Part shown: positions 49,086 to 59,535 of the stretch, in pieces
How the letters are laid out: the number at the start of each line of letters is the position of its first letter
Position numbering within the stretch: the first letter of the stretch is position 1
From: Vulcanimicrobiota bacterium
GTDB taxonomy: Bacteria; Vulcanimicrobiota; JAJTBE01
Length of the DNA: 64,000 nt
Direction of reading: 5' to 3'
Assembly: GCA_021107945.1 (NCBI GenBank)
Contig: JAIORV010000162.1
Span: forward strand, 7,999 to 71,998
Program-made: the position numbers and the translations under genes
Notes under the pieces: model-generated
The model's database searches: none
Told to the model about the DNA's origin: nothing
Seen by the model: the letters and a program-made list of their open reading frames with translations, nothing else

Positions 49086-51020
49086 TTATTTTTTTGTGTC
49101 CCCATTACCTCTGCTTGATTTCTTGCGCCTTTTTAACCTTTCCAGCTCATTTATATATATATTAATGTTTTTGAAACCGGGCGCCATTTTCTTTAGTTGT
49201 GTGAAGAGTACTTCAGCTTCCTGAAGTCTCCCCAGGTACATATAGACAATTGCCATATTTCCCATAATCTCCGGTTCCTGCGGCCTGTTCCTGAAAGCAT
49301 AACGGATATGTCCGAATGCCCTCTGAAAATCTTCCATACCCATATGGCATTTCCCGATTTCATGGTGTAACGAAATTTGATCTTCAAACAACTCATCTAC
49401 TTTTTCAAAAGCCGTCAATGCTTCTACATATTGTGCAAGTGTCCGGTGACCCACTCCTTTTAAAAACCATGCTCTCCAATAATAGGGCTCAACATGCAAT
49501 ACTCTGTCAAGTAGATTAATTGCACTTTTCATCTCTCTCTTTTTCATATTATTGATTGCTTCGAGAAAAGTATCACGATTCAGAATCTGCTTCTCTTCGG
49601 TAATTCCCGCCGCAATCCGGGAGTAAAAGTAACGGGCTTCCTCGGAAATGAAAGATGAGGGAGCAAGATCAATTGTTGTCCTGGCAAACCTCTCGGCGTT
49701 TTCCCTGTCCTTCATCCGGTAATACAGTCTTGCTGCGAAAAAATTAACCGAAGGATCCTCGGGACTGCTATCCAGCGCATCAATAATATTCTTACGGGTT
49801 TTTATTAAGTCACCCAGTTTAGCATAATATATGGCCTTTGACATTTTGATATGACTGGAATCAGAAAAAAGAAATTGAGCTTTATCATAAAGCTCTTTTG
49901 CCTTGTCGAACTCCTCCAACTCCGCATATGCCTGTGCAGTGTTCAAAAGAGTATATTCCCGGTGGGGAAATAACTCAAGTCCTTTTTTGAATATCTTCAA
50001 CGCAGGTTTTATTTTGTTGATTGAAGCCAGGAAGTAGCCGTATGAATCATAAATATCGGGATTCTCTTTGTTGTATTCAAGTGCTTTATCGAATAGCTTT
50101 ATGGTGTCTTCGTTCCTGTCTGTTTGCATTTGAATGAGTGCCATATTAAACGGGATGTCGCAAAGGGATTTATCATTTTTTATTGCATTTTCAATAAACT
50201 CCATGGCCTCATCCATCCCCCGATGTCTTAATATGATTTCTGCCATTAACTTTGATGAGTCAAGATCGGTAGGATGAGCCTTCAGAATTTTTTGAATAAT
50301 TTCCTCGGCCTTTCTTGTCTCGCCAATATTTTCGAGTTGACTTGCCTGATTAACAAGAAGGGCGGTGAGCGTTTCACTATCGGAATCCTTCTGAAAGGCT
50401 GTCAATAAGAATTTCAGGAAGTCATCCTTACTTTTTTCACCCACCGGACTGAGTGGATCATTCTCCAGGGCTTCCATCAACAATTCAATAGCCTTAATTT
50501 TGGTTGAGGGTTGCTTTTCGAGCCTTTCTTTTTCATCCGGGGTCAGTCCGACTTTAAGGAAACTGATAATATTTAAAAAGAAATCGTTGATAAACTCGAG
50601 AAAATTTTCTTTTTTTCCCAGGTATGTTTTATTACATAAGATTTTCCCCTCAATTCTTGAGTAAAGCTGGACGAATAACCTTCCCGGGTCAAGCGAAATC
50701 TCTCCGCCGATCAAATAATCGGATCTATCAAATTTCTCAATGAACTCAGGTGATAGCCAGAAAGAATCAGGCAATGCTGAAAGGTATTCCGGTTTTCCTT
50801 TGCTCCTGTCCAGTGGAACAATATAACTAGTATTAAACTTTGAAATTTGATCCATCTTGATTTTCATTACCTGTGGCAATCTTCTTGAATATATTGCCTG
50901 AAGCCTGGAATCCGGTTCGATTGGATTCCTGGCAAAAATAATAAAAGATAAAGAAGGAAGAAATTTTTCCGGGGTCTTTAATATTTTTTTGCTATCGGGA
51001 AGAAAGTACTTGAAGTTCAT
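49086..51020 (-). CDS. TPR-repeat protein
   Basis: Multiple TPR units in the C-terminal two thirds. Confidence 0.85.
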   Translation of the reverse strand: MNFKYFLPDSKKILKTPEKFLPSLSFIIFARNPIEPDSRLQAIYSRRLPQVMKIKMDQISKFNTSYIVPLDRSKGKPEYLSALPDSFWLSPEFIEKFDRSDYLIGGEISLDPGRLFVQLYSRIEGKILCNKTYLGKKENFLEFINDFFLNIISFLKVGLTPDEKERLEKQPSTKIKAIELLMEALENDPLSPVGEKSKDDFLKFLLTAFQKDSDSETLTALLVNQASQLENIGETRKAEEIIQKILKAHPTDLDSSKLMAEIILRHRGMDEAMEFIENAIKNDKSLCDIPFNMALIQMQTDRNEDTIKLFDKALEYNKENPDIYDSYGYFLASINKIKPALKIFKKGLELFPHREYTLLNTAQAYAELEEFDKAKELYDKAQFLFSDSSHIKMSKAIYYAKLGDLIKTRKNIIDALDSSPEDPSVNFFAARLYYRMKDRENAERFARTTIDLAPSSFISEEARYFYSRIAAGITEEKQILNRDTFLEAINNMKKREMKSAINLLDRVLHVEPYYWRAWFLKGVGHRTLAQYVEALTAFEKVDELFEDQISLHHEIGKCHMGMEDFQRAFGHIRYAFRNRPQEPEIMGNMAIVYMYLGRLQEAEVLFTQLKKMAPGFKNINIYINELERLKRRKKSSRGNGDTKK

Positions 51021-51039
51021 CCTTATTCCTCATTTATAA

Positions 51040-51609
51040 TTAAAGCTTCATCAAGCCGTCTATATCATCAATTTGCGCTATTTCAGGTGTTTTCTTTTCT
51101 TGAGTCTTATTTTTGTTGAGTCCTGCGATCTGCCTAAATCCCTCGGGTGTCTTTTTCTCCAACGGTACTTTGAGATCTTGCTCCAGCGAGAGAATTATTG
51201 AGTCTTTTCCAATTCCATCTTCGGGAAATGAAGCGACTCCAACATTGCCGACAGGGATAATATCGGGAAAATCATGAAAACTCATCATGTCCATCTGATT
51301 TTTTATCTTCAGGGCTACCCTTAATCCACCTTCATAGTCAGTTTCGGGAAGGAGAATAAGAATCCTGTTCCTATATCTAACCTTGATATCCAGGTAACGG
51401 GTTGTGCCCCTGGCAATATTTGCAATCTTTTTCAATGCAAGATATCCAACCTGATGGAATCTGTCTTCCGGCACACCGGGATCAATAAGAAGAAATGTTA
51501 ACGGTCTTCTATATCTCTCAGCTCTTTTTATTTCTCTTTCAAGTCCTTCTTCCAGGAAAGAATCCTTTAAAAGTCTTGTAAGTTTGTCAATCTCATCCTT
51601 GTTGTACAT
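51040..51609 (-). CDS. Degenerate GGDEF-domain protein with retained RxxD I-site
   Basis: LEREIKRAERYRRPLTFLLID, RYLD-IKVRY-RNRIL-ILLPET and VGVASFPEDG; AGGAGG RBS before ATG 51609. Confidence 0.8.
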   Translation of the reverse strand: MYNKDEIDKLTRLLKDSFLEEGLEREIKRAERYRRPLTFLLIDPGVPEDRFHQVGYLALKKIANIARGTTRYLDIKVRYRNRILILLPETDYEGGLRVALKIKNQMDMMSFHDFPDIIPVGNVGVASFPEDGIGKDSIILSLEQDLKVPLEKKTPEGFRQIAGLNKNKTQEKKTPEIAQIDDIDGLMKL

Positions 51610-51625
51610 GAAATACCTCCTGTAA

Positions 51626-52258
51626 TCAGGAATTGCTACCTTCAAAAGTTTCTTTTTCCAACTGTAGAATTTGCTTGACCAGTTTTGCAAAGTTTTTGAT
51701 TTCTTCCCATGACAGGAAGAAATTTTTCACCACTTCAGGATCAAACTGGTGTCCGGACTGTTGCAGGATCTCTTCTTTCGCCTGCTCAAATGACATTCCT
51801 TTCCTGTAGGGTCTGTTTGTTGTCATTGCGTCAAATGAGTCGGCTAACGCTATTATTCTTGCCACAAGGGGAATCTCCTCGCCATTTAAGCTGTCGGGAT
51901 ATCCCTTTCCGTCCCATCTTTCATGGTGAGATCTGACGGACCTGAGTGCCGGTGAAAGAAATTCAACTTCCTTGAGTATCTCAACTCCTTTTTCAGGATG
52001 ACCCCTCAGGATTTGCCACTCCTCGTCGGTTAATTTTTCTACCTTTCCCATTATCTGTTCGGCGACACCGGTTTTTCCTATATCATGAAGAAGAAGACTG
52101 TATTTAAAGTTCCTGTCTTGTAAAAGTTCAGGATTCAATCTCTTTGCAATAGTACGGGCATAGAAAGCCACCCTGTCGGTATGACCCCCTATATATGCAT
52201 CCTTTAAGTCCACGGTTCGGGAGAGTGCCGCTATTGTCTTGACATATGTCTTTTCCAT
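51626..52258 (-). CDS. HD-GYP phosphodiesterase domain (possibly the frameshifted C-terminus of the upstream kinase)
   Basis: GHTDRV, LLHDIGK, HHERWDGKGYP and ADSFDAMTTNRPY. Confidence 0.92.
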   Translation of the reverse strand: MEKTYVKTIAALSRTVDLKDAYIGGHTDRVAFYARTIAKRLNPELLQDRNFKYSLLLHDIGKTGVAEQIMGKVEKLTDEEWQILRGHPEKGVEILKEVEFLSPALRSVRSHHERWDGKGYPDSLNGEEIPLVARIIALADSFDAMTTNRPYRKGMSFEQAKEEILQQSGHQFDPEVVKNFFLSWEEIKNFAKLVKQILQLEKETFEGSNS

Positions 52259-52263
52259 TGCGT

Positions 52264-53697
52264 TCAGGGATTTTTTCTCTCCCTTGCAAATACTTCACTA
52301 AGCTCATGAGCATATGACAGGAGTTGTTCCTGTGTGTCCTTGAGATTTCTGGAAAGCTCTTCAATTTGCCTGGGATAGGTTTTGTTTAATTCCGCCACAA
52401 TCTCTCTTGCATCCTGATAAGATCTCGGCAGTTTTATAGTGAATATACTTCCTTTACCCACCTGACTCTCCAGGGATACCGAACCTCCGTGATCCTCAAC
52501 TACATGTTTTGCAATTGAAAGTCCGAGTCCCATGCCTCCCACATGTCTTGTGAGAAAATCGGCAACCTGGTAAAATGGACTGAATACTTTATCCTTCTTG
52601 TCCTCGGGAATTCCTTTGCCTGTATCTTGAAATTCAATTATCACGAAGATTCCCTCGTCACGACAGCGAATATCAAAAGTCCCCCCGGAATCGGTGAAGT
52701 TCAAAGCGTTATGAACAAAATGAGACAGGGCTTCCTTGAGTCTTTCATAGTCAGCTTTGATAGGCCTGAAGTCACTTTCGAACTCAAGGTTTGTTTTAAT
52801 GCCCTTGGCGTCAAATTGTGACTGATAGTCCTCCATGATGAGATTCATCAGGCTTGGCAGATGGATTTCCCTTTTCTCGAATGTCATGAGTCCGGATTTC
52901 ATACAGGAGAAATCAAGCAGTTCACCCATCAGTTCTTCCAGACGATTCGTCGCCTTGAAAATAGGTGTAAGGAAACCGGAAATATCATCTTTTAGTGATG
53001 ACTTATTTAACACTTCCTGTAAAAGATATAGATAACCCTTGATGATGCTTAACGGTGTTCTGAGTTCATGCGATACGAGAGCGATGAAGATATCCTTCAT
53101 CTTCTCCATTTCTTTCAGCTTCTCATATGCCTTGTTAAGCTCCCTGGTTTTCGCGAACTCATTCTGGTATATCTTACTGAGATCCATTGCATAGAGCATT
53201 AATTGTTCATTTTTCAATTTACTCAGTTCTTCACGGGTGCGGATCCGGTGAACTTCCAATGTTGGAGTGACTTCGTAGGCCTGACTACTTTTAGGTATAG
53301 TCGAAATATCGGTTTCAATACATTCCTTGTAAAAATGTGAATGAACTTTATTCAACAACTGGATGGGGCTGAAAGGCTTGACAAAGAAATCATCGGCTCC
53401 GGCCTTTATACCTTTTTCTTTCACCCATTCCTCGGTATTACCCGTCAGCATAACGATATATGTGTTCATATGTGGATCTGCTTTTATTCTTCTGCAGACT
53501 TCATATCCTGAAATACCTGGCATTGTAACGTCAAGAAGTATAAGATCAGGTTGAATTTTTTGAGCCATTTCCAGTGCCTGTTTTCCATTTTCCGCTTCCT
53601 GAATTTCATAACTGGCGCTGGTCAGAGTGGCGCGTGTCAACTTCCTTATGAATTCTTCATCGTCAACTAGCAGTATTCTTTTTCGCTTGTTAAGCAT
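52264..53697 (-). CDS. Hybrid REC-HisKA-HATPase histidine kinase
   Basis: Receiver (VDDE, LDVTMP, KPF), SHELRTPL, NA, DTGKGI and GMGLGL; GGAGG RBS before ATG 53697. Confidence 0.92.
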   Translation of the reverse strand: MLNKRKRILLVDDEEFIRKLTRATLTSASYEIQEAENGKQALEMAQKIQPDLILLDVTMPGISGYEVCRRIKADPHMNTYIVMLTGNTEEWVKEKGIKAGADDFFVKPFSPIQLLNKVHSHFYKECIETDISTIPKSSQAYEVTPTLEVHRIRTREELSKLKNEQLMLYAMDLSKIYQNEFAKTRELNKAYEKLKEMEKMKDIFIALVSHELRTPLSIIKGYLYLLQEVLNKSSLKDDISGFLTPIFKATNRLEELMGELLDFSCMKSGLMTFEKREIHLPSLMNLIMEDYQSQFDAKGIKTNLEFESDFRPIKADYERLKEALSHFVHNALNFTDSGGTFDIRCRDEGIFVIIEFQDTGKGIPEDKKDKVFSPFYQVADFLTRHVGGMGLGLSIAKHVVEDHGGSVSLESQVGKGSIFTIKLPRSYQDAREIVAELNKTYPRQIEELSRNLKDTQEQLLSYAHELSEVFARERKNP

Positions 53698-53752
53698 TAA
53701 TAAATCCTCCAACAAACCGACTGTCCTTGTGTAGATATATTACTTAAAATAA

Positions 53753-54610
53753 TCATCGGGTCTTTGTTTTGGTCTTTGTTTTGGTCTCGGGTTCATCTGT
53801 GGGGGATTCCGTATAATTAGTCGATGGACCGGGAACTTCAACTGGCTTTATCTTCACTTCGATAAGAAGCTTATTGTCTTTTACTTTTAATTTTTTTAAC
53901 TTGACCGGAAGTTTCTCGTATTCCGGGTTACTTGAAATTTCCCGGGCAAAACTTTTGGAGAATTCCTCCATGAAATCTCCTTTTGGAAATTTCAACTTGC
54001 CCATCATGAAACTGTCAAGTTTAAGCTTGAATCTGTAATCATCAACTTCGATTTTGCCTTTTGTTGTGATATTCAGGTACTGCCTGGGCTCTGCGGGCTG
54101 GTATGGAATGGATAGCTTAACACTCATCTTATCGTCAGAGTGTATCTTAATAAACATTCTGGGTGATTTTTTCCCTTTGGTATTCTGAAATTGATAATTT
54201 AATTCATCAGGAGTTAATTCCAATGATACGACTTCTTCTTTCTCATTATCAATTGCTTTTTTAAGCAGATATAGCTTCTTTGTCAGCTTCTTTTCCTCTT
54301 TCTCGGAAAGATATACGGAAGGCATTTCCAGCGGTCTGTCTGATATAAATGTATTCTTGAACCAGTGTATTCCCGCAAATATTCCGACCAGGGAAAGAAT
54401 TATAAAACCAAGGCATCCGAACATTCCACAACCGACACAGCCCATGCCAAAAAGACAGCTTTTCTTCTTGGAGCTGTCGCCATCTTTTACCGTGCCACCG
54501 GCCGGGTATGCGGAAGGAGTTGGAACTCCGGCATAATCTTTATTCTCGGGTTGCCCCATACCTTGTTGATCGGGTAAATTTCCACGTTCTGGTGACATCT
54601 TCACTTCCAC
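53753..54610 (-). CDS. Hypothetical single-pass membrane protein with Cys/Gly-rich anchor
   Basis: KKKSCLFGMGCVGCGMFGCLG followed by a hydrophobic helix. Confidence 0.75.
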   Translation of the reverse strand: MEVKMSPERGNLPDQQGMGQPENKDYAGVPTPSAYPAGGTVKDGDSSKKKSCLFGMGCVGCGMFGCLGFIILSLVGIFAGIHWFKNTFISDRPLEMPSVYLSEKEEKKLTKKLYLLKKAIDNEKEEVVSLELTPDELNYQFQNTKGKKSPRMFIKIHSDDKMSVKLSIPYQPAEPRQYLNITTKGKIEVDDYRFKLKLDSFMMGKLKFPKGDFMEEFSKSFAREISSNPEYEKLPVKLKKLKVKDNKLLIEVKIKPVEVPGPSTNYTESPTDEPETKTKTKTKTR

Positions 54611-54669
54611 CTTTGCCCTTTTAATCTTGACTGTTACATTAGTTGTTAGTGCCTGTCAGTTACTATTTA

Positions 54670-55308
54670 TCACTTTATTAGTTTATCGTTTAATAAAGTT
54701 GTCATTCTAATTATATCCTGGTCCTCGGGATATTGAATATGTAATTTCCTGAAAAGATCGAGAGCTTCGTCAAATTTTCCCATTCGATATTGAATTATTG
54801 CAATATTGTATATCGCATCCTTATAATCGGGGAGTTTTTTGATGACCGATTGGAATTCAGCCTGTGCCATTTTTAACATGCTCTTATCTTTTTTTGTAGC
54901 ATATGTTACTCCCATAGAAAACTTATCAGCAAGATCCCTGGGAAGCTCAACTTTTTCCTCGTGACAATTCTTGCCCCGGAAAAATGATTTAATCCTATCA
55001 AATATGCCGGGCTTTGGGGTAGTAATATCTCTTGAGAAATGATCCAAATGCCCGGAGCGCCTTAACTGCAAAGGAATACGAATTCTATAGCAATGCTGGT
55101 TGTCATATTCGGATCTCTTTGCCGGATCCATGACAATATCATAGGCCTCTGTCAATTGTTTCATCTTTTTCTCGGCGAAGACCTTATTATCCGGGTTGAG
55201 ATCCGGGTGATATTCTTTTGTTTTGATCTTATAAGCTACCTTTATGACCTTCCGATCATCGGTAGGATTTACACCAAGGAGCTGATAATAATTATTTTTT
55301 TCTGACAT
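54670..55308 (-). CDS. J-domain (DnaJ) protein with C-terminal TPR
   Basis: NYYQLLGV, YHPD, EAYDIVMDP-KR-EYD and a TPR pair. Confidence 0.9.
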   Translation of the reverse strand: MSEKNNYYQLLGVNPTDDRKVIKVAYKIKTKEYHPDLNPDNKVFAEKKMKQLTEAYDIVMDPAKRSEYDNQHCYRIRIPLQLRRSGHLDHFSRDITTPKPGIFDRIKSFFRGKNCHEEKVELPRDLADKFSMGVTYATKKDKSMLKMAQAEFQSVIKKLPDYKDAIYNIAIIQYRMGKFDEALDLFRKLHIQYPEDQDIIRMTTLLNDKLIK

Positions 55309-55781
55309 TTCCTCATCCGTTATTATAAAATTTTGTTTGTGTGGAGGGAGGAAGCCGCATACTTCAAGCTTTGTAATTCTCTATTATTATTAATATTCCT
55401 TTTGAAAGGTATCTTAATAATAATTATTGAATAGCAAGAAAAACAGGAAAGACATAGTAAGGGAATGATATCTTTCCTGTCCCGCCGACGGGGGTAAGAC
55501 CGGGTAAGGCAGTCCGTATGATCCATCAATATTTGAAATAGAATTGACTTCTTGATTGTTACCGGAATTATAGAGTATTTTATGATTTGTTAGATCATCC
55601 AATAATCCGGGTATAGTCCGGTTTTCCCACCGTCCTGAAAATGGCATAAAATAAAGGCCGTCTGCAGGTGGTTTCAGGTGACTATTTCGATTTTCGTCTC
55701 CGGATTGCCTTGAAACAAGCTCTTTTTCTGCTAATAGGTTCAGGGAGGATGTTTGCCATATATTATCGGGGGGCGTTTAAA

Positions 55782-56711
55782 ATGTATTTCTGTGAATATC
55801 TCAAGAAAATAAAGTTTAACAGGGTGGCTTTATATGTTTTATTTATATTATTGGCAATGAATCTTGCATGTTCACAAAAAACAACCACCAGGCACGATTC
55901 AATAAAGAAGTCCCCGTCTTCACCGGATAAGACCCCGTCTTCCTCGCTATTCAAGCCTTTGAATAAGAAAAAGAAGCTCGGAACAGATTCGGAAAAATTC
56001 ATTGTCCTGGGGGATGAATTATTTTTAAAAGGAGATTTCGACTCGGCCTCCATAAAATATAATTTGGCTTTGAAGGCGAATCCCTCTTCCGTGGATGCCT
56101 GTATTCGTCTTGGCGATATTTACCTGCGAAAAGGGGAATATAAAAAGTCAGGCGAATTTTTTAAAAAAGCGATAGATATTGAGCCTGAAAATAAATTTGC
56201 CAGGTTTGGATATGCCGACATACTGTTGGAGATGGGTGAAAAAGAAGACTCGGAATGGCAATTAAGGCAAGTGATTTCTTTTGACCCGAAATTTGCGCAG
56301 GCTTATACAAGTCTGGGGGATATTTACCTTGACAGTGGTAAGCAAAATAAGGCCGGGGAAATGTTCAGGAAATCCCTTGAAATTATGCCGGATCAGAATT
56401 TTCCCGATACTTACATCGGCATGGGAGAGCTTAATCTTGCAAGGTTGAAGTATCAAGAGGCGCTTGAATCTTTTAACACAGCAAAGAAAAAGGATCCTTA
56501 TGACATTGACGGTTACCTGGGGGCGGCGAGAGCATTGACGGCATTGAAGAGATATGAAGATGCCAAGAGGAATTATAAAAAAGCTCTTGAAATTTTCCCG
56601 GATCACAGGGAAGCTTGTGAGATGTTAGTGGAGTTTTACAAGGATCGCGGAATGCATGATAAAGCAAAAAAACTCAGGGATAAGTTGCCTGTTCCTGATT
56701 TGCAGCCTTGA
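55782..56711 (+). CDS. TPR-repeat lipoprotein
   Basis: Signal peptide ending NLAC; about seven TPR units. Confidence 0.85.
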   Translation: MYFCEYLKKIKFNRVALYVLFILLAMNLACSQKTTTRHDSIKKSPSSPDKTPSSSLFKPLNKKKKLGTDSEKFIVLGDELFLKGDFDSASIKYNLALKANPSSVDACIRLGDIYLRKGEYKKSGEFFKKAIDIEPENKFARFGYADILLEMGEKEDSEWQLRQVISFDPKFAQAYTSLGDIYLDSGKQNKAGEMFRKSLEIMPDQNFPDTYIGMGELNLARLKYQEALESFNTAKKKDPYDIDGYLGAARALTALKRYEDAKRNYKKALEIFPDHREACEMLVEFYKDRGMHDKAKKLRDKLPVPDLQP

Positions 56712-56762
56712 TATGGGTGTTTTACTAATTACTACAAAGAGCGCTGAGGACGCAGAGTTTTC

Positions 56763-58562
56763 ATGAAAAAAAGACTTAACATTTTTCTAATAATGATTGG
56801 AGTAGCCAGCCTCCTGTTGATTGGCAGGCTTGCTTTTTTACAATTAATTATGGGGGATCGCTATGGAAAAATTGCCCGGTTTAATATCATAAGAACCACA
56901 CTTATTACCGCTCCAAGGGGTGAGATAAGGGACCGCAAGGGCAGAGTTCTGGCCTATGACGTGCCCCGCCTGAATGTATGTGCAATTCCCTTCGAGATTG
57001 ATGATGTTGAGAAATTTGCGAAAAAACTGGCCCCCTTAATCGGATATTCGCCGGAGAGAATTGTCAAGATCATCAAAAAGCATAAAGGGAATAAGTTTCA
57101 GGAAATAGTAATCAAGTCCAAGGTGAATACCGAAGTCATGATGAGGGTGGCCGAATATCAGGGCGATATCCCCGGGCTTTACCTGGAAGTTCTCCCCGTC
57201 AGGGAGTATCCGCATGGTGAGATTGCCTCTCATATTATCGGTTATGTGGGTGAAATTACAGGCGAAGAATTAGGTAAGCCCCGATATAGCGGGAGACGCC
57301 AGGGAGATGTTGTTGGGAAAGACGGGATTGAGAAGTATTATGATCAATACCTGCAGGGAAAAATGGGAGAAGTAGAGGAAGTGGTCGATGCCTCCGGTAA
57401 AATCATCAAGGTTCTGGGAAAAACACAGCCCAGACCGGGATATAACCTCTACCTTACCCTTGATTTTGAATTACAAAAAGAGTGTGAGGAGTTATTAAAA
57501 TATTATGTAAAATCTCTCTCAAAGATTAGCGGTGAGCCACTTGCGGGATCCGTAATAATTATGAACAGTAAAACCGGTGAAATATTTGCAATGGTCAGCT
57601 ATCCCGGTTTCGATCCGAATATATTTTCAAAAGGAGTCTCGCGGAAAGATTATCAAAAACTTATCAATCGAAAAGATTATCCCCTTCTGAATAGAAGTAT
57701 TGCAGGAGCATATCCGGCGGCTTCAACATTTAAAATCGTCACAGGTTCCGCGGCACTTCAGGAAGGGATTTGCACAAGATATTCGCCTTTCTATTGTTCC
57801 GGCAGGCATAAGGTGGGGAATCTATATTTTAATTGCTTTGTAAGGGCCGGGCACGGCCCTATTAATTTTCACAAGTCGATATCGGAGTCATGCGATGTCG
57901 TCTTCTATATCCTGGGTGAATCCCTTGGAATAGACAGACTTCTTAATTATTCCCGGCAATATGGTATAGGAAGTAAAACCGATATTGATCTTCCGGGAGA
58001 AATTTCCGGTCTTTTACCTAATCATATATGGAAAATGAAAACACTCAAGGAACCTTGGTACACGGGAGACACCGTTAACCTGTCAATAGGGCAGGGTTAT
58101 CTTGGGATCACACCTTTACAAATGGCGGTAGTTGTCGGGGTGGTGGCAAATAAGGGGTTCATGTACAGGCCTTTTCTTGTAAAGAAGGTGGAAAGACATG
58201 ACAACGTTGTTTTGAAAGTTATCAATCCTGTTATTTCAAAAAGAGTAAAAATAAAACCGGGTCATTTTAATGCAATAAGAGACGGTATGAGGGAGGCGGT
58301 TCTGACAGGAACCGCAAAAAGACTCAATTCGCCGAAGATGAGATTCGCAGGCAAGACAGGCACGGCCGAGAACTTTCCCACGAAGGAAAATCCACATGGC
58401 CGAAATCATACATGGTTTGTTGGGATGGGTCCCTTTGAGGATCCGGAGATTATCCTGGTTGTATTCCTGGAAAAATCGGGCGGTCTTGCGGGAAAGAGAG
58501 CGGTTCCTCTTTCCAGGAGTATATTAAATGAGTATAGGAAGTTGAAAAATGGAAAGAATTGA
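56763..58562 (+). CDS. mrdA: Penicillin-binding protein 2
   Basis: APRGEIRDRKG, STFK, SCD and KTGTAE. Confidence 0.95.
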   Translation: MKKRLNIFLIMIGVASLLLIGRLAFLQLIMGDRYGKIARFNIIRTTLITAPRGEIRDRKGRVLAYDVPRLNVCAIPFEIDDVEKFAKKLAPLIGYSPERIVKIIKKHKGNKFQEIVIKSKVNTEVMMRVAEYQGDIPGLYLEVLPVREYPHGEIASHIIGYVGEITGEELGKPRYSGRRQGDVVGKDGIEKYYDQYLQGKMGEVEEVVDASGKIIKVLGKTQPRPGYNLYLTLDFELQKECEELLKYYVKSLSKISGEPLAGSVIIMNSKTGEIFAMVSYPGFDPNIFSKGVSRKDYQKLINRKDYPLLNRSIAGAYPAASTFKIVTGSAALQEGICTRYSPFYCSGRHKVGNLYFNCFVRAGHGPINFHKSISESCDVVFYILGESLGIDRLLNYSRQYGIGSKTDIDLPGEISGLLPNHIWKMKTLKEPWYTGDTVNLSIGQGYLGITPLQMAVVVGVVANKGFMYRPFLVKKVERHDNVVLKVINPVISKRVKIKPGHFNAIRDGMREAVLTGTAKRLNSPKMRFAGKTGTAENFPTKENPHGRNHTWFVGMGPFEDPEIILVVFLEKSGGLAGKRAVPLSRSILNEYRKLKNGKN

Positions 58563-59391
58563 AATTGTAAAGAATATTGTGAAAAAAGCCGGTAGGACAG
58601 CGCTGGATTACTTTGGCAGGACAACAGGCTCTATTAAATCGGACAGGACAATTGTTACATTGGCGGACATCGAAATCGGGAAATTCCTGACACAACAACT
58701 GCAGGGCGAATTTCCCGGCTATGGGATTATTAACGAGGAAATTGATGACGAGGATGTTAATAAAGAAACCCCGGACTTAACTTCATCCACCGGAATACCG
58801 ATCAAACAGGATAATGAATATACCTGGATTATAGATCCCATTGACGGCACATCAAGCTTCTATTGCCGATTACCGGTTTGGTGCATAGCTGTGGGACTGC
58901 TCAAGGGACTTGAGCCTGTTCTGGGTATGATTTATATGCCCGTGATGGATGAATTCTATTATACCGATGAAAATATCCCGGCCTATTTTGAATCCGGACG
59001 TTGGGGCAAGACGGTTATGGATATATCAGGACGCGACGATCATTTTATTGAAGAGTCTTTTCTTGGCATTATTTCAACTTTGCACAAAACTCTTAATGTA
59101 ACCTTCCCCGGCAAAGCCCGCGCTCTTGGAAGCAACTCGGCAAATTTCTGTTACGTTTCCAGAGGAGATGCGGTGGGCGCGTTTATCCGGGGACACCTCT
59201 GGGATCTTGTAATGGGAATGGCAATCCTGAAAAAAGCCGGTGGGAAGATATTTTCTTTAAACAGAAAGCCTGTCGATCTTGCTGAGTTGTTTGACAGAAG
59301 CAGATTAAGCGGGTTTAATATCATAGGCTCTCCTGCGAATGTGGAGAAAATATTGGGGATTACCAAACATAAGGATGACAATTCTATATAG
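58549..59391 (+). CDS. Inositol monophosphatase family protein
   Basis: VTLAD, NEE, WIIDPIDGT and WD motifs. Confidence 0.93.
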   Translation: MERIEIVKNIVKKAGRTALDYFGRTTGSIKSDRTIVTLADIEIGKFLTQQLQGEFPGYGIINEEIDDEDVNKETPDLTSSTGIPIKQDNEYTWIIDPIDGTSSFYCRLPVWCIAVGLLKGLEPVLGMIYMPVMDEFYYTDENIPAYFESGRWGKTVMDISGRDDHFIEESFLGIISTLHKTLNVTFPGKARALGSNSANFCYVSRGDAVGAFIRGHLWDLVMGMAILKKAGGKIFSLNRKPVDLAELFDRSRLSGFNIIGSPANVEKILGITKHKDDNSI

Positions 59392-59423
59392 TATCCATTC
59401 ACCGCCCAAATAACAAGAGATTG

Positions 59424-59446
59424 GTAGGGGTGGCGTCTCGCCGCCC
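59424..59446 (+). repeat. GTAG-type REP
   Basis: gtag followed by the hairpin gggtggcg-tct-cgccgccc. Confidence 0.65.
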
Positions 59447-59535
59447 AAGTAACTAAAATGTCTTCTTCGTGAAGGAGAAAAGAAAGTGAAAAGTGAAAAA
59501 TGAAGCTATAACCATTGCAGGAGTTACGTGTTTTA

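Noticed and set aside
55323-55680. Short ORFs and GC-rich patches in the divergent spacer
   Set aside because: No convincing RBS, motif or extended pairing.
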